A stretch of 57,364 bases of DNA, the filler included, from Sphacelaria rigidula (taxonomy: Eukaryota): NCBI GenBank assembly GCA_964200075.2. It is 4 parts of 4 records of this genome, joined end to end, with 100 filler letters (N's around TTAATTAATTAA, not from the genome) between each part and the next. Parts side by side here need not be neighbours in the genome. Positions count along the whole stretch, not along the records: positions 28,735 to 42,999 come from CAXNAA020002350.1; positions 43,100 to 57,364 come from CAXNAA020002351.1; 2 more parts are not named here. One strand, 5' to 3'. Below, in pieces: positions 36,568 to 48,900 of the stretch. A program made the translations under genes and the position numbers. The notes beneath the pieces were generated by a model, which saw only the letters and a program-made list of their open reading frames with translations, was not told where the DNA came from and made no database searches. How positions within the stretch are numbered: position 1 is the stretch's first letter; each line of letters opens with the position of its first letter.

Positions 36568-39500
36568 ATGCTGGACAGCAGGTATGTGTGTTTCGCAGCC
36601 GAAGAAGTAAGCATTTGAACCGTTGCACCCTTGCAAGCGATATGGTAGCGATGAACTGTTCGTGGTACTGTAGGTAGGTTTGATCATGAGGCACGGGTGT
36701 GAACATGTTGCCTTGAGAGAACACCGCAGGTGCAGAATGAATGTTTGGGTCACGTTCGTCTTTCTATATCTGACTTTGGATACCTTGCCTCCAGTGTGTT
36801 GTAGATATTGGCTTGCCGGTTTGCTTTCGTGCTACACTCCCCTAACGCTACCGCGCATCGACAGGTGATGTTTACTTGTTTACCCTCCCGCAAGTGCTGT
36901 GTACTCGTGTATACTAACTACATCCTGGATCCTACTTTTATTTCATGTTTCAGATATTTCAAATCTCCCCGTGTCGCCTTCTGTCGGTAACAGTTGCGCC
37001 GCACTGTTGGAGGGAGAACCTCTGACATGCTTGCTGTTCGACATGGACGGCGTGCTGGCGGAGGTGTCTGAATCCTACAGGCAGGCGATCGTACACGTGG
37101 GTTCCCTACCTCCATGCGCCCCCACTGCATAATTTGAAAACGTTCCAACGATCCCGTTCCGTGCACATATGCGCCATGTGCTTGATGATGTGGGGGTACC
37201 CGGAATACAACCCATGAAAACGGCTGTCCCCCGTCCTGTTTTGGTCTATTATAGGGCGCGGCACTGCTGCACTGAGAGTCAAATATCGCAGACAGTACTG
37301 TGCACACAGCAGTGTAGTACAGCTATTTGATAGCGGTTACAGTATCGTACATGAAGTTGTGTGAATGTGATGTACACTGCAGATGTCGGGTAAACTTTTA
37401 TGAGGGGGAGAGAGAGCGCGCGAAAAAAGGGAGATCTGCTCCACCCTGTCTTGCCGTATACAGACAGTAGCACCTACCACCGACCGTCTCGAAGAAAGAA
37501 GCTCATCTTCCCAACCTCTCGCTCGTTGCCGGTGGTGCGATTGCGGCTGCTGGTGCCTGTTGTCGCGGGGACTGGCATGCCGAACAAAACCAACAACGGA
37601 CTCTTAGACTGCTGCAAAGTGGGGCGTGGAAGTCACACCGGAAAAGATCAACGAGGCTAAGATCAAGGGCGATGCCAACAATGACTGGGTGTGTGCAGTA
37701 CAGTATAGTGTGCAGTACGGTAGACATGTCCCAGCAGAGTAGCATAGCATCTCGTTTCTATTATTGCCGGTACTCGCTTCCTCGGTTTAGTGGGAAGGGC
37801 CACAACATCTCTGATGCCTTCCGTCACAGGAGCAGGCTTGGGTAAGAGAGTAGTCAAATGAAACAGAGTTCAAATCATAGTCTGGCGGCGGCAGGGGTTG
37901 GTGAAGCCTTGCTCTTTTCTCTCTTGCGCCCTGGTTTCCGTCTCTCCCTATTTTTTTAGAGAAGAATCTGGTGACGAAGGTGAACGGACGGGAATAGCAG
38001 GAGTCGATTCGATTATTCTGGTCTGTCGCTTCAGCCGTTGAAAGACGTCGTCTCTCGTGGGACTTGGATTTCGTCCGAGTGACGGAAGACTTCAAACCAA
38101 TCAATATCACCCCGAATAGTGCCTTGTTGAATCGTCTGACTCTTTTGAGCATTTCACGGTGCGAAGCTCGTAATCATTCGAACGGTCCGTCACAAGTAGT
38201 CGAGTTTGCCTGCAGTGTCGCTGCTCTGCTCGTGTTGCACCTACCGCTCGTGTTGCGCCGTATTGCGTAGTGGCTCCTCTGCCGTGAATTTGGGTGGAGC
38301 GTACTTACGACAGCTTTGGCACTGTAAACACCTCCACGTAAGTCTTCCTAAATTTGACAAAACCACCCAACCGCCGACGCACGTTCTACTATTCCGCTTC
38401 ATCCATGTGTCTGTCCGTCTGATATGTATGTCTGTCTGTGTTTGTGTGTTTCCTCGTCTTCGGTTGCGCAGAAATTGACCCATGCACTAATCAAGCAAGG
38501 CATCGCGGGAGAGAAAGCCATCCCGTCCCTTCAGCAGGTGACGGACAAGTTTGAAGAGCTGTACCAGGGGCGGAATGGCATCGCCGGCTTGAAAGATCTG
38601 GAGACTCTTATACCGGCCAAAGGTTTGTTGCATTTGCTTGAGAGGGGGGAAGGAGTACGAGTGTGCTTTGTCCGTACGGTGTTTTGCACACATTACGCGA
38701 TACTTGTAACCGTTATATCTAGACGTCCCGACATCCAACCTGTGAACCTGTGCACTTCCTCAGATCCCCGTCACCGTTACGACAAAGGCATTCCTTTTAC
38801 CAGACGCCGGAGCCTAGAAGGACAAAAATCGTCATCCCACGGGGCTGTGGTCCTTGGTACGACGCACTTCATGGTATTCAGTGGCTACTAGTTTTATGTG
38901 GGGAGGTGTAGACGTATCCCACTTGTCAGCGCAGACGACATATTTTTAACTTTCCGCCTTCCTCCTTTTCAGTGAACGCGAGAAACTGTATTTGAGCCTC
39001 CAAAACTATAATATAAAGGAGATGAGATATTTTGACGCTGTCCCGCTAGACAGCATGTTTCACGTAGACCCCGACAAATAAGGCATGCCTTATTTTTGGC
39101 TCATCTCCCACAGATAGGGGTACAGTAACTCAAAGTGAAATAAAATATTTTCGCGATTATGGCCCAGCGTTTGAAAATCGCCACTGGGCAAAAATCAAGG
39201 ACCCACCCGAGATCAGGGAAAGAACTATCGCATGGGACATGTCCTGTACCACTGTGCTGCAGCACAAACACACTCATGCTGCCTTGTGTGCTGTAGGTGT
39301 CGCTGCGCTGTGGCGTTTCAGGCCTTTGTGAAGACGGTTCGATCTCCGCTGGGAGTGCCTGAGTTGCTTTGTATATCGTCATTCCGTTCGTCTCTACGTA
39401 TGGAAAATAATCTTGTCGGGACGCAGTGCTCTCTACACACCGTTGAAACGCTCATGGTGCGTTGGCTGTTTCGTCTCGAGTCAAAGGAATAAGGCACTTC

Positions 39501-42500
39501 ACAAACCCATCATTTCTATGCTGTAGTTCTCGCTGTGCTGTTGGGCACCTAAACACTTTACGACGATCACGGTGCGATGTGCACTGGAGAGTACCTGAGC
39601 AGTCGTACTGCTGCATGCCGTGTTTCGGGCTGCACAGAAGTAGGGTGGGATCAAGGTGCTGTCGAAACAAAGAAAGGTTGAAACAATCGTCACGTGACGG
39701 CTGTACAGCTGTCTGTTGAGTCTCCTCTGGTACTTCAGTTAAAGTCGGGTGCTGTGATCGAGGAGGACACGCCAGGCGGGTGCGTGCAGGTTGGGACAAA
39801 CAAGCTGAGCCAGCACGGAGCTGCTGTATCCTCGTTTATTGCCGGAAGCAGCTGTCTGTGCCGCAGCGGCCCAACGTGTCGGCCAATCGAAGCTGGGTTT
39901 TGACTTCATTGCTACCAATATCTCTCATCTGATTGAAGAAAGGTCGCTGCATTTTGGTGTATTCAAAGACTCTGATGGGTCGAGAAAATTTGCAACTCAT
40001 AAATGTTGCCCCTATCTGTGGGCCCAGTTCCTTATTTTTTGCCGTAGAGCCCCTTTTCAGAAAGCGGTGCATAAGACTGTTTTTTGCCTAAAATGCCGTT
40101 AGACGAGAGCTCCCTATACCAGGGGTCAGGGACACAAATACCTCATTGGGCATCGGGGAGGTTATTTTTATTCTAGATCTACGGGACGGAACCCCTCTGT
40201 CGAGGCAATTCTACAGACTGCAGGCTGCAGAGTGGGATACCACGGCCCACGATACCCGTGCTACTGAGAGCTGAGCGACATCGTATCTACACAAGGGGGT
40301 AGTTCAACTTCCGTAGCGTCGCTGCCACAAGCTGGTTCAGCTGTCCATCCTTCCGGCAGCGCGGCGCAACCTGGGACTGCCTTAACGCACTACCGTAGCA
40401 TCGCGTTGTCGTTGAGTGCCCAGTCAGTGCAGAAAGCTGGTCGGCAAATCAAGAGAGGGCGACCGAGGTACATGGTCGTACCTCACGCGAAACTGCAGTT
40501 TTGCTTAAATTCTAATCGTCCCATATATAGTGCCTTCTATCTAGTTTTTTCGCCTGGCAGCTTTATTTGCTTGCAGCCATGCGTTTGTTGTACTATTATA
40601 TATGCAACAGCAGAGTGTGTCTATACCTTGGACTTCTTTCGTCTTGTCTAGTTTGTGTTCAGTGCCAGCAGGTAGGTCGAGAGAGGAGAGGAGAGGAGAG
40701 AGACTAATTCAACGTGGAAAGAAAGACGGGATGACCAGGCGATGCCATCATTTCCCTCATTCGCTCGCTAAATTGCACTGCTCCTACTATTGCACTTTGG
40801 CCTTGTGCCCACACATGTCTTAACCGCCGTTCTCCTGATGCACGCGTACAACACGCTTATAGACCGGCCATACCAGAACATTCATATAAGGCAAAAGGGA
40901 AAGCCAGGTGTACGGTAATATCCGAGGCACATCAAATACATAAATGGGAGCATGAGGCGAATACCTCGAGGTTGCCTTATCCCATTTTTTGTTTACTGCG
41001 CCGGGCCTTGCTGCGTATGCCTTTGTACGCCTACGGCTTGCCAAGTTCACCAGGGCATAGTTTCACGCAACGGTTATTTGGGCCTTTGGTTAGTTCTCCT
41101 GGAGGTTTTGAAAGTAGGATAGACGAAACGGTATATATTGCACCGCCAAAATCGAATTGGGATCCATTCAATCCACACACACACCCGTGTACCGGTAGGT
41201 GTGTTGGAAGAGCTCGCGCGACGTCTGCCTATGGGCATGGCAATTGTTACCGGAAGACCTCGGGGAGACTGCGACTACTTTTTGAGCAAACATGGGTGAG
41301 GAATGAGTTGTTTCTGCGGTCGGGTGGGACAGGGGTTCAGTGGCGTGCAGCCGAACTTTGGGTTTTGGGTCTCGCAGGAGCGGTAAAAGGCGCGGATCCG
41401 AACGGCGTTTTTTTGTGAGCTCACGTATGATTGCTGTGTGGTCACTTGTACAAGCTGTATACAGTGGTTTTGTTCTTGTTTTGTACAACTGTTCCGTAAA
41501 TGTATTTATACATACATGGCACGGAAATCTGTTCGTGGACAATCCATAATGCCTTGATGGTGCGCATTCGACTACGCAGCATTTCCAACATGTACGACCG
41601 AGCAGAAATACCTCCCGGCACTTGAGCACAGTGTACTTCGGGAACACGGCGCACAATGGTCTTCACCTATGTTCTCGACTTACTCGGCACGAGGAATTTT
41701 TTTCCTCGAGCTCCTGCTCTGTATGATTCGCCAGGAATGCTGTGAAATATTTTCTACGGGTTTCTTCTACTCGACAACGAAGTAGGAGGCTGTGTGTGGT
41801 TGATGCGTGCGGAACGTCGACAACTCAGTACTCCATGTTTCAATTCGTCGTGAAAGTGCAACCTTTCTATCACTACACACACACCCAAACCTGATGCTCG
41901 CACCGAGCCCCGTGTATAATCATACTGCTGCTCCTATCGCTGCTGCTCCTACGGCCGCTGCTCCTACGGCCGCTGCTCCTACTGCCGCCTGTGTGGGCAA
42001 ACGACAAAAAAAAAAACAGCTTGTCCGGGTTGTTCAAGGTCTGTGTCTGCATGGAGGACGGGCCGGCGAAACCGGACCCCTTCCCCGTTGTCAGAGCTGC
42101 AGAGCTGATGGGCGTTGACCCGAAGAACACCGCCTTGGTACGCCGTGATACCGACTGCTCTCTTGTCTTTGGCTTGGCTTTGTGGTGGTGGTCATTGAGC
42201 CTACAGATAACGAGCATGGTGTTTTTCTCCAAGACTTGAACGAGGAGTGCGAAAGCGGCGGCGGAGCAAGGGCTCTTGCCGAGAATATTTTTGTCGATAC
42301 TGGCATGCCCATTTGATGTTACCGCACTTTCAAGAATGGGACTACCGTCGTGGCTGGTACATATATAGCCGGGGTCATATACAGCGGTAGCAGCGTGCAG
42401 TATTATTTTATTTTGGGGGGGGGGAGGGGGGGGGGGTCATGGCATTTAGGCGACGAGGGTTATTATACGGTGGCGGCCCTGGGAGCATTTCCCACCTGTG

Positions 42501-42791
42501 ATGACGTGTTTACTTCATTCGTTGTTTCTATAGATGCGTGGCACTTGTTTTTGTATACACATTTCGTCGAAGATTTACGTTCGCTTTCGTGACATCTTCT
42601 GTTCCCGTTACGCTCCACTCTTGATTCTTGATTCTACCTCGCCGTTATCTCCGCCCCGCCCTCTCCCTCCATCGCTCCCTCCCTTTTCTTCCCGCCCACT
42701 GTTGTTGTGTGGTCAGGTGGGCGACACACCAGACGATATTTTGGCCGCGGTCAGGGCTGGCTCCCGAGGCTTGGGTGTGCTCACACCGAAG
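36568..42791 (+). CDS. HAD-superfamily hydrolase (TIGR01548-like, possible histidinol-phosphate phosphatase); 3' end lost at the gap
   Basis: Exons in phase: 36568 (or 36412)-36581, 36994-37096, 37608-37688, 38472-38622, 41199-41295, 42020-42137, 42717-42791. Motif I LLFDMDGVLAEVSESYRQAI; cap GDANNDW and KFEELYQG; motif II IVTGRPR; motif III CMEDGPAKPDP; motif IV VGDTPDDI. Confidence 0.88.
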
Positions 42792-42834
42792 GCAAGAAGG
42801 GCTTCATCACGAGTTGCTGGGGGGGGGGGGGGGG

Positions 42835-42975
42835 GCGGGAGGCGTACTCGTGTGTTGCTTGCCTTAGTCGTTTCACGATTGACCACGCATCCCTTTCGAG
42901 ACGGTGAGGGAGGCGTACTCATGTGTTGCTTGCCTTAGTCGTGTGACCATTGACCACGCATCCCTTTCGAGACGG
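42835..42975 (+). repeat. Two ~72-bp tandem units; a related word at 57330-57364
   Basis: GGGAGGCGTACTC(G/A)TGTGTTGCTTGCCTTAGTCG..GACCACGCATCCCTTTCGAGACGG repeated twice; the window end has GGGGCGTACTCATTTGTTGCTTGCTTTAGT. Confidence 0.8.
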
Positions 42976-42999
42976 AGCACCGTTCCTACTCCTAATAGA

Positions 43000-43099
43000 N
43001 NNNNNNNNNNNNNNNNNNNNNNNNNNNNNNNNNNNNNNNNNNNTTAATTAATTAANNNNNNNNNNNNNNNNNNNNNNNNNNNNNNNNNNNNNNNNNNNN
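43000..43099. other. Assembly gap/linker
   Basis: N44-TTAATTAATTAA-N44. Confidence 0.95.
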
Positions 43100-45429
43100 C
43101 AAAGGACTGCGTCGCTGTTCGATTGGCGTCGTATTGCCGATAACTTTATTGTACTGCATGGAGTACAGGGTGGGTCTGATATCGTTGAGCGATAGCGTGT
43201 CGGAGTGCATTTTTGTGAATGCGGCGGGTTCACGTCAGCAGTCACCCCGCACTGGGTATTAGTGGAGTGCAGCAGCGTCACGGAAAACGTTGAACGCACG
43301 GCCCAATTCGACTAGCCTTGAGCTGAAATTTCAGGAAGACCTTCTGAACCCAAGGAACTGATACTTCACGAGTCCAGCTGCAGATTCTCCTTTTTTTCCT
43401 GGACTTATGGCATTATCTAGTTTTTTCTGAAATTTCGAATCCCCATAACTTCTTCATTTTTTTTTCTTTCTTCGCTGTCGCAGGGTCAGAGAGGAAGACC
43501 GAAAGTAAAAAGTTCAAGTTTCATCCAATCTATTTTCAGGTGCAGGTACACACTGCCTACATAATTCGGGTGTTGTGCGCATCAGGTGATGTACAGATGT
43601 ATCAAGCAGTATGAGTCGCCGTGGGAGAGCTTTCAACAGGATATGGCAACCGCCGCCCGCCGCTTGTGGCCTTCGATACTGTCCGCATCACCTTGACACA
43701 CAGCCCTTTGTGGTCGGGGTGGGCCGCGATTTCCCTCTTTGTTCGAGCGGCACATTCCCTTCGAACGGCATGGGCGTTGCGCCGCAGATATAGTATAGAC
43801 AGTGCAGCACGCCTTTCCGAATGCAGCAGCAGCTGCCGCTGCATACTCCCTCATATGTTCTGGGCCGTTCTCCGCGACGGAGATCAGCTGCCTATACACA
43901 GCTTGTTCGTTACCGTCGATTACATACGACCTCACCGTCGCTTGTACCGCTTCGACAGAGGGATATGCAGAACTCATGCCTATAGCTCCGTCTCGTCCCA
44001 CAGCGTCGCTACATTCAGTCGCCTTGTGAACATGACCACATATATAGTGGGGTACTCTTATTCCCGAATTTCCCTCGAGCACTACGTGTTAGTGTTATCG
44101 ACTAGGATTTACGATAGGATGGTGAGTCGAAAAAAAATCGGGGGATGGAAGGTCGGGCCTAAAAAATGCAAGTTGATGACGAAAAAATCGGGAATCCGAA
44201 CCCCGACAACTTGGAGTTGTCTTTGCTTCGAAGGCGTTTTTTGTGGGCCAGGGACAGGGTACAACTTTGCAGTGACATCACTCTCGGCGACACCCCCCCC
44301 CCCCCCCCACTGATCGTTCTGAGGTGGTCGATAACTTCGCCTCGCCCTGATTGGACAGGTAGCTCCCGGAATTGTTCATTATTATTCTACCAACACACGG
44401 TGAATCTCTTGTTAGGCCGTGTCTTATCAAATTGTTTTCGTGTCGAAAACGTGGGGTCGAATCGAATCCGCTCGCTGCTGATTCGTCCACGCTACTATTT
44501 TTTCAGATGGTTGAGAACATGAATGTCGTTGACGTAGCAGGTGCAAGCAAATTCGATTCCACCGAACGTTTTCGAGCCGAAAATATTTTGATTATACACG
44601 GCCCTAGTGAGCTTCAGTCCCAAAAGGGTTAGGACACGCCTTCACAGGGTGAAAAATCAAGGAAAGAGTCAGCTGTGAAGAGAAGAGGACATGCTCATGC
44701 TTCGCCTTATCATGATGCTGCACAGTCTCCTCAAACTTCACATCGCTTGTGCGCTCGTACCATTGAAAACAACAAAAACTCAGACATTGGACGTAGTGAG
44801 TTATGACTCAATCAACAAGGAACGCGGCCCCACTTCCCCTATCCCATATTGAAAAAAAAGTTCCAACTCACACACACTCACACAAGACACCTCACGTCAT
44901 GGCTTCTTTTTTTTTCAACATGTGTCGATTCAACCTTTATACCCTCAACACTCCAGCGCTGGAGCTCTGGGATAAGCCCACTGCTGTTTGTGAAATTTGA
45001 AAGTGTCGGAAGGAAACAACACGTCACAACAAGATCCGCTGTCTCTATGTTTCGAGCTCGTACATGTATAGCAGTCCCCCCCCCCCCCCACCCCACCCCA
45101 CCTCACCTCAACTACACACGCACTGCGGCTCTTTTTAGTTTCAACTGTTCCGCCGACAGGTTTGAAAAGTCGGAAGTCATACGTGTATAACAATTGTTGT
45201 AATTAATACTCGTAGTGCTGACTGAAAACTTGTACACATTTAAAATTTCTTCAACCGCTGAAAAAAGTTACGGCACGTTACACTACCGTCAGTTGTACTA
45301 CAGTATATTGTAGCGGTTTGACTGCAGCGTTATACGTACAAACCACGCGAGGAGGTATCAGAGAAAATGATGCAATGGTGCAAGGTAGAGGGAAAGGAAA
45401 GGGAGGATAGAGAGAGAGAAAGAGAGGAT

Positions 45430-45540
45430 GGGGGGCGGGGCGGCGGGAGGAGGGCGGGGGGGGGGGGGAGGGAGGGGGGGCGGGGGGGGGGGGGGGAGGG
45501 GGGCGGGGGTTTACTGGGCGGGGGGGGGGGGGGGGAAGGT
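45430..45540 (+). repeat. G-rich low-complexity tract (G-quadruplex potential) upstream of the Zn-cluster gene
   Basis: More than 8 runs of 3-19 G within 110 bp. Confidence 0.7.
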
Positions 45541-45934
45541 GTGCTGTGCTTTACTGGACGGAAATCTCCCACTGTTGTGCTGGCTGTAAACTTCCTGCCT
45601 CGGAAGGTTGCATCGTCAAGAAGAACAACACGGACATACCGGTCGGGCCTACTAAAAACGGGAGAGAAACCGAAACAGGATGTATTTTGAATGCAAAAAA
45701 AAAAGGAACAAACCTGACTGATGCTGGTATCTTGATGCTCCCGTCGTGACCATCACTACAATAACTGTCAAGTGTGCCATGATCAGGGTCATCAACGATG
45801 AAGCAGTCCCTAACCTCCATCTGCAAGTCATGGTCTGCAGCAGTAGCTTCTTCATCGCTTTGAATCGTACGACGAGGCAAGAGCGCTCAGTGGGAACGCG
45901 ATACATCGATCATCATCTACGATATGTTTAGATT

Positions 45935-48900
45935 ATGACTTTTGTGAAAATGAGACGGGTGAACCGGAGAGGAGGTACGTACCGTGTCGGAAGTTGCATG
46001 TTGCATGAAACACACGTCCGCAACGCTAGCATGATAGATGGACTTATCATCCAGAAGAAACCAAGACATCAAGGACGTGCCTCCAGCAACGGTAGGAACG
46101 CAGTCGCTCGAAAGCAGCAACAACAGCATAGCGGCATCAAAACAGCAGTTGTCACTTCTTCGGTTGATCCCAATGTTTTGCCTCTTAAGGTGCCCCCAAA
46201 TCTTCATATCACCGACGGCATCAAGCGCAGGACCAAAACCGGAAGAAGTTGTTCTCCTTCGATGGTGGATACTTCTTCGACCACTGTGGCAGCGGCGGTC
46301 GTGACGGAGGGGGAGAATAGGGTGGAAAACTCCACCCATGATACAGGAACATCTTCATCTTCCCAATTTCACAGCCGCGGGTCGCCCGTCTCTGCCGACC
46401 CTAATGATGATTCTCGCAGAACAAGTCCTGGAGTGGGGGACAGCGGTGGTGAAGATGATTCGGCCGACGACGATAGACATAGCCAAGGGAACATGTCATC
46501 TGGTACTGGTAGTGCGAGTGTCGGTATCTGCAGCGGCGGCGGCGATGGCGAGGCAGGGCAAAGAACATGCGTCAACTGCAGAAAATCCAAGGTCAAGTGC
46601 AGTCGTGGAAGCCCTTGCGTTCGTTGCAGGCGGCTCAAGTTAACGTGTGTTGCTCAGACCCGCGGGCGAGGCCGGCCGGTGGCCTCTGCGAAGAAGCCGA
46701 AACTCGACCCGTCCGTATCAAGCTCGCTCATGTCGGCACCATCGGCACCTCAGGGGGAGTCTACCGGGTCAACAAGCGCAGCGGTACGGATCGCGCAGGC
46801 TACTACAAGTAATGGTGGGGCCAAGGCGGAACACCGACCGATAGGTCTTGCTCCTTTCGTAGGAGGCGCAGTGCCAGGCTCAGGAGCAAAAACACCAGCA
46901 GGAAACGGAGTGACAGATAATAGCCCCGATAACGCCAACCGAACAGAAGAAGTAACTTGGCGAACCACCAGTGCTCCGGCGCCTCTGTCGGGCCCGTCGC
47001 ATGGTCGTGGTGCGATGCCGGGCCAGCATGCCGGCTATCGAGATGAGAAAAGCGGCGACCCCCAAGGCAGGAGCAGCGCCAGGAGCGGTGTCCTCGTCGG
47101 CAGCTTGCCTTCAGCTGTATCTACGCAGCCCGATGCAGTCGTCTGCGCAGCTAAGTTGCCGTCGCTCGCCACGTCTTCTCCCCAGCAAAACGAGCTATTG
47201 GGTGCATCTGATTCACATCGCTCCACCTCTCACCTCGTGTCCTCCTCTGCTTCCACGCTGGTGCCCACGCAACAACCTCTGGCAACAAGCAGCATTTCCG
47301 CCGCTGCGGTCACGCGAGGTGGTAGCCATGGAGGCCTCTACGGCGTACCACCGTTGCGGGTGTTATCGGCCCAGCCTCATGATAGCGGCAGTGGTGGGGG
47401 CGGGGTTTTCGGCCGGCAGCAACAGCAATATCAAACGGAAGAGCGTTCGCCGCCGATATGGCACGGGGGACCTCGCAGCAATGGCAGCGTCGAAGAGGGA
47501 CCAAGCAGCGTGAAGAACAACAACAGCGGCGGCAGCAGTAGCAGCAGCAGCAACAGCAACAGCAACAGTTACCCCAGCGAGCGCCAGCCTGCGTCTTGGG
47601 GAGATCTGAACGCTACTGTTGCGGCTACTGCAGCATCTGCTACTGTCGCCACTACTACTGCTGGTGTCACCAGCAGCAGTAGCAACAACGACGTCGGTAA
47701 GGCTGCTGCAACGCGGACGGGGATGGGGAATGCTGTTGCCGCTTTGACCGCCGACCGCAGGCCCAGCTTCACGAGCGGTACCACCGTCCCTAGCTCGATG
47801 TATATCCCAGGTGAGGGAAACGACCAAGGTTCACATGCTGGCGAATGCATGGTATCTACTCGCGACCCGACAAATGGTCCCGCCGGCAGAAGCGGCGGAA
47901 GCGACATTGGCGAAGGAGGAACGAGGGGCCCTTCGTCGCTCTGGCCGACGGTGGAGGACAGTAGGAAGAGGGGGATGTCGCCGCGCGGCGATAGGCCGGC
48001 TTCGGGACATGATGCAGCCGGCGGCGGCGTGGATGGGGACGGACCAGGGGTTCGAGAAAAGCCGGCGAAGTCAGCGCGATGGTTAGTTGGCAGTATCGAT
48101 GATCATGACATGAGATCGGGTGTGCATGCAAACGGAGGGGAGGCGGGGTTAAACGGTTCTGCCGCTGGTGGCGGCAGTAGTGAAGGGAGCGTGGGATCGG
48201 GGAGGGAGCGTAGCGACGGGGGGCGTAGTGATGATGCCGTTCTGAATCGCTCAGATTCTGGTGAGTACGATGATGTTAGTCCATGGGTGAGGACATCAGG
48301 CAGTAGTGTCCATTGAGTTCCAGCCAGCTCGACTTGTCTGCCCATATTCCGAGCACAGTTTTTGTTTTCTGATGAAAACTGTTCACAATGTCTCCAATGG
48401 CTGTGAAGAACACCCGGCAACGCTGCGAGGCTCCCCAACGCGTATCCCACCCACCGCGGCCTTTATCGCAGATGAGAAGACGTTGGCCCGTACCCCGAAC
48501 ATGTTTTTTTTCACAACACTTGGCGGTACATCCGTGAAAGGCGTAGCGCGTAAGGGGTGCGACAATCCTCTCGTGCAAGAGGAGGCAGAGCCCCATCGAT
48601 GGCAGCATCGACCACGGTCAACCCCTTTTTGTGGCGCCAGTAGCACGTAGCCTTGTTTGTTGATGTATTCGACCTTCCAGTACACGGACGAGGGGACGGA
48701 GAAGCCATTGTCACTGCATTGCGGCCATCCCCTTTTCCTGTAGGAGATCCAGACTGCTCGAACTTCATCGGCTGTCACATCGAGTGTGCATTTTGTTTCG
48801 AATTACATCAACAGTTGTTGTTAGGGTCATACATTGAGTCGCCCTGTGCTGAATTGCTATACGTTATTTGGCAGATACGGTGGACACAACAGAAGATCCA

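Noticed and set aside
43621-44313. 230-aa ORF
   Set aside because: Non-ATG start, no domain signal, and it lies in repeat-like DNA between a gap and a transposon-like end.
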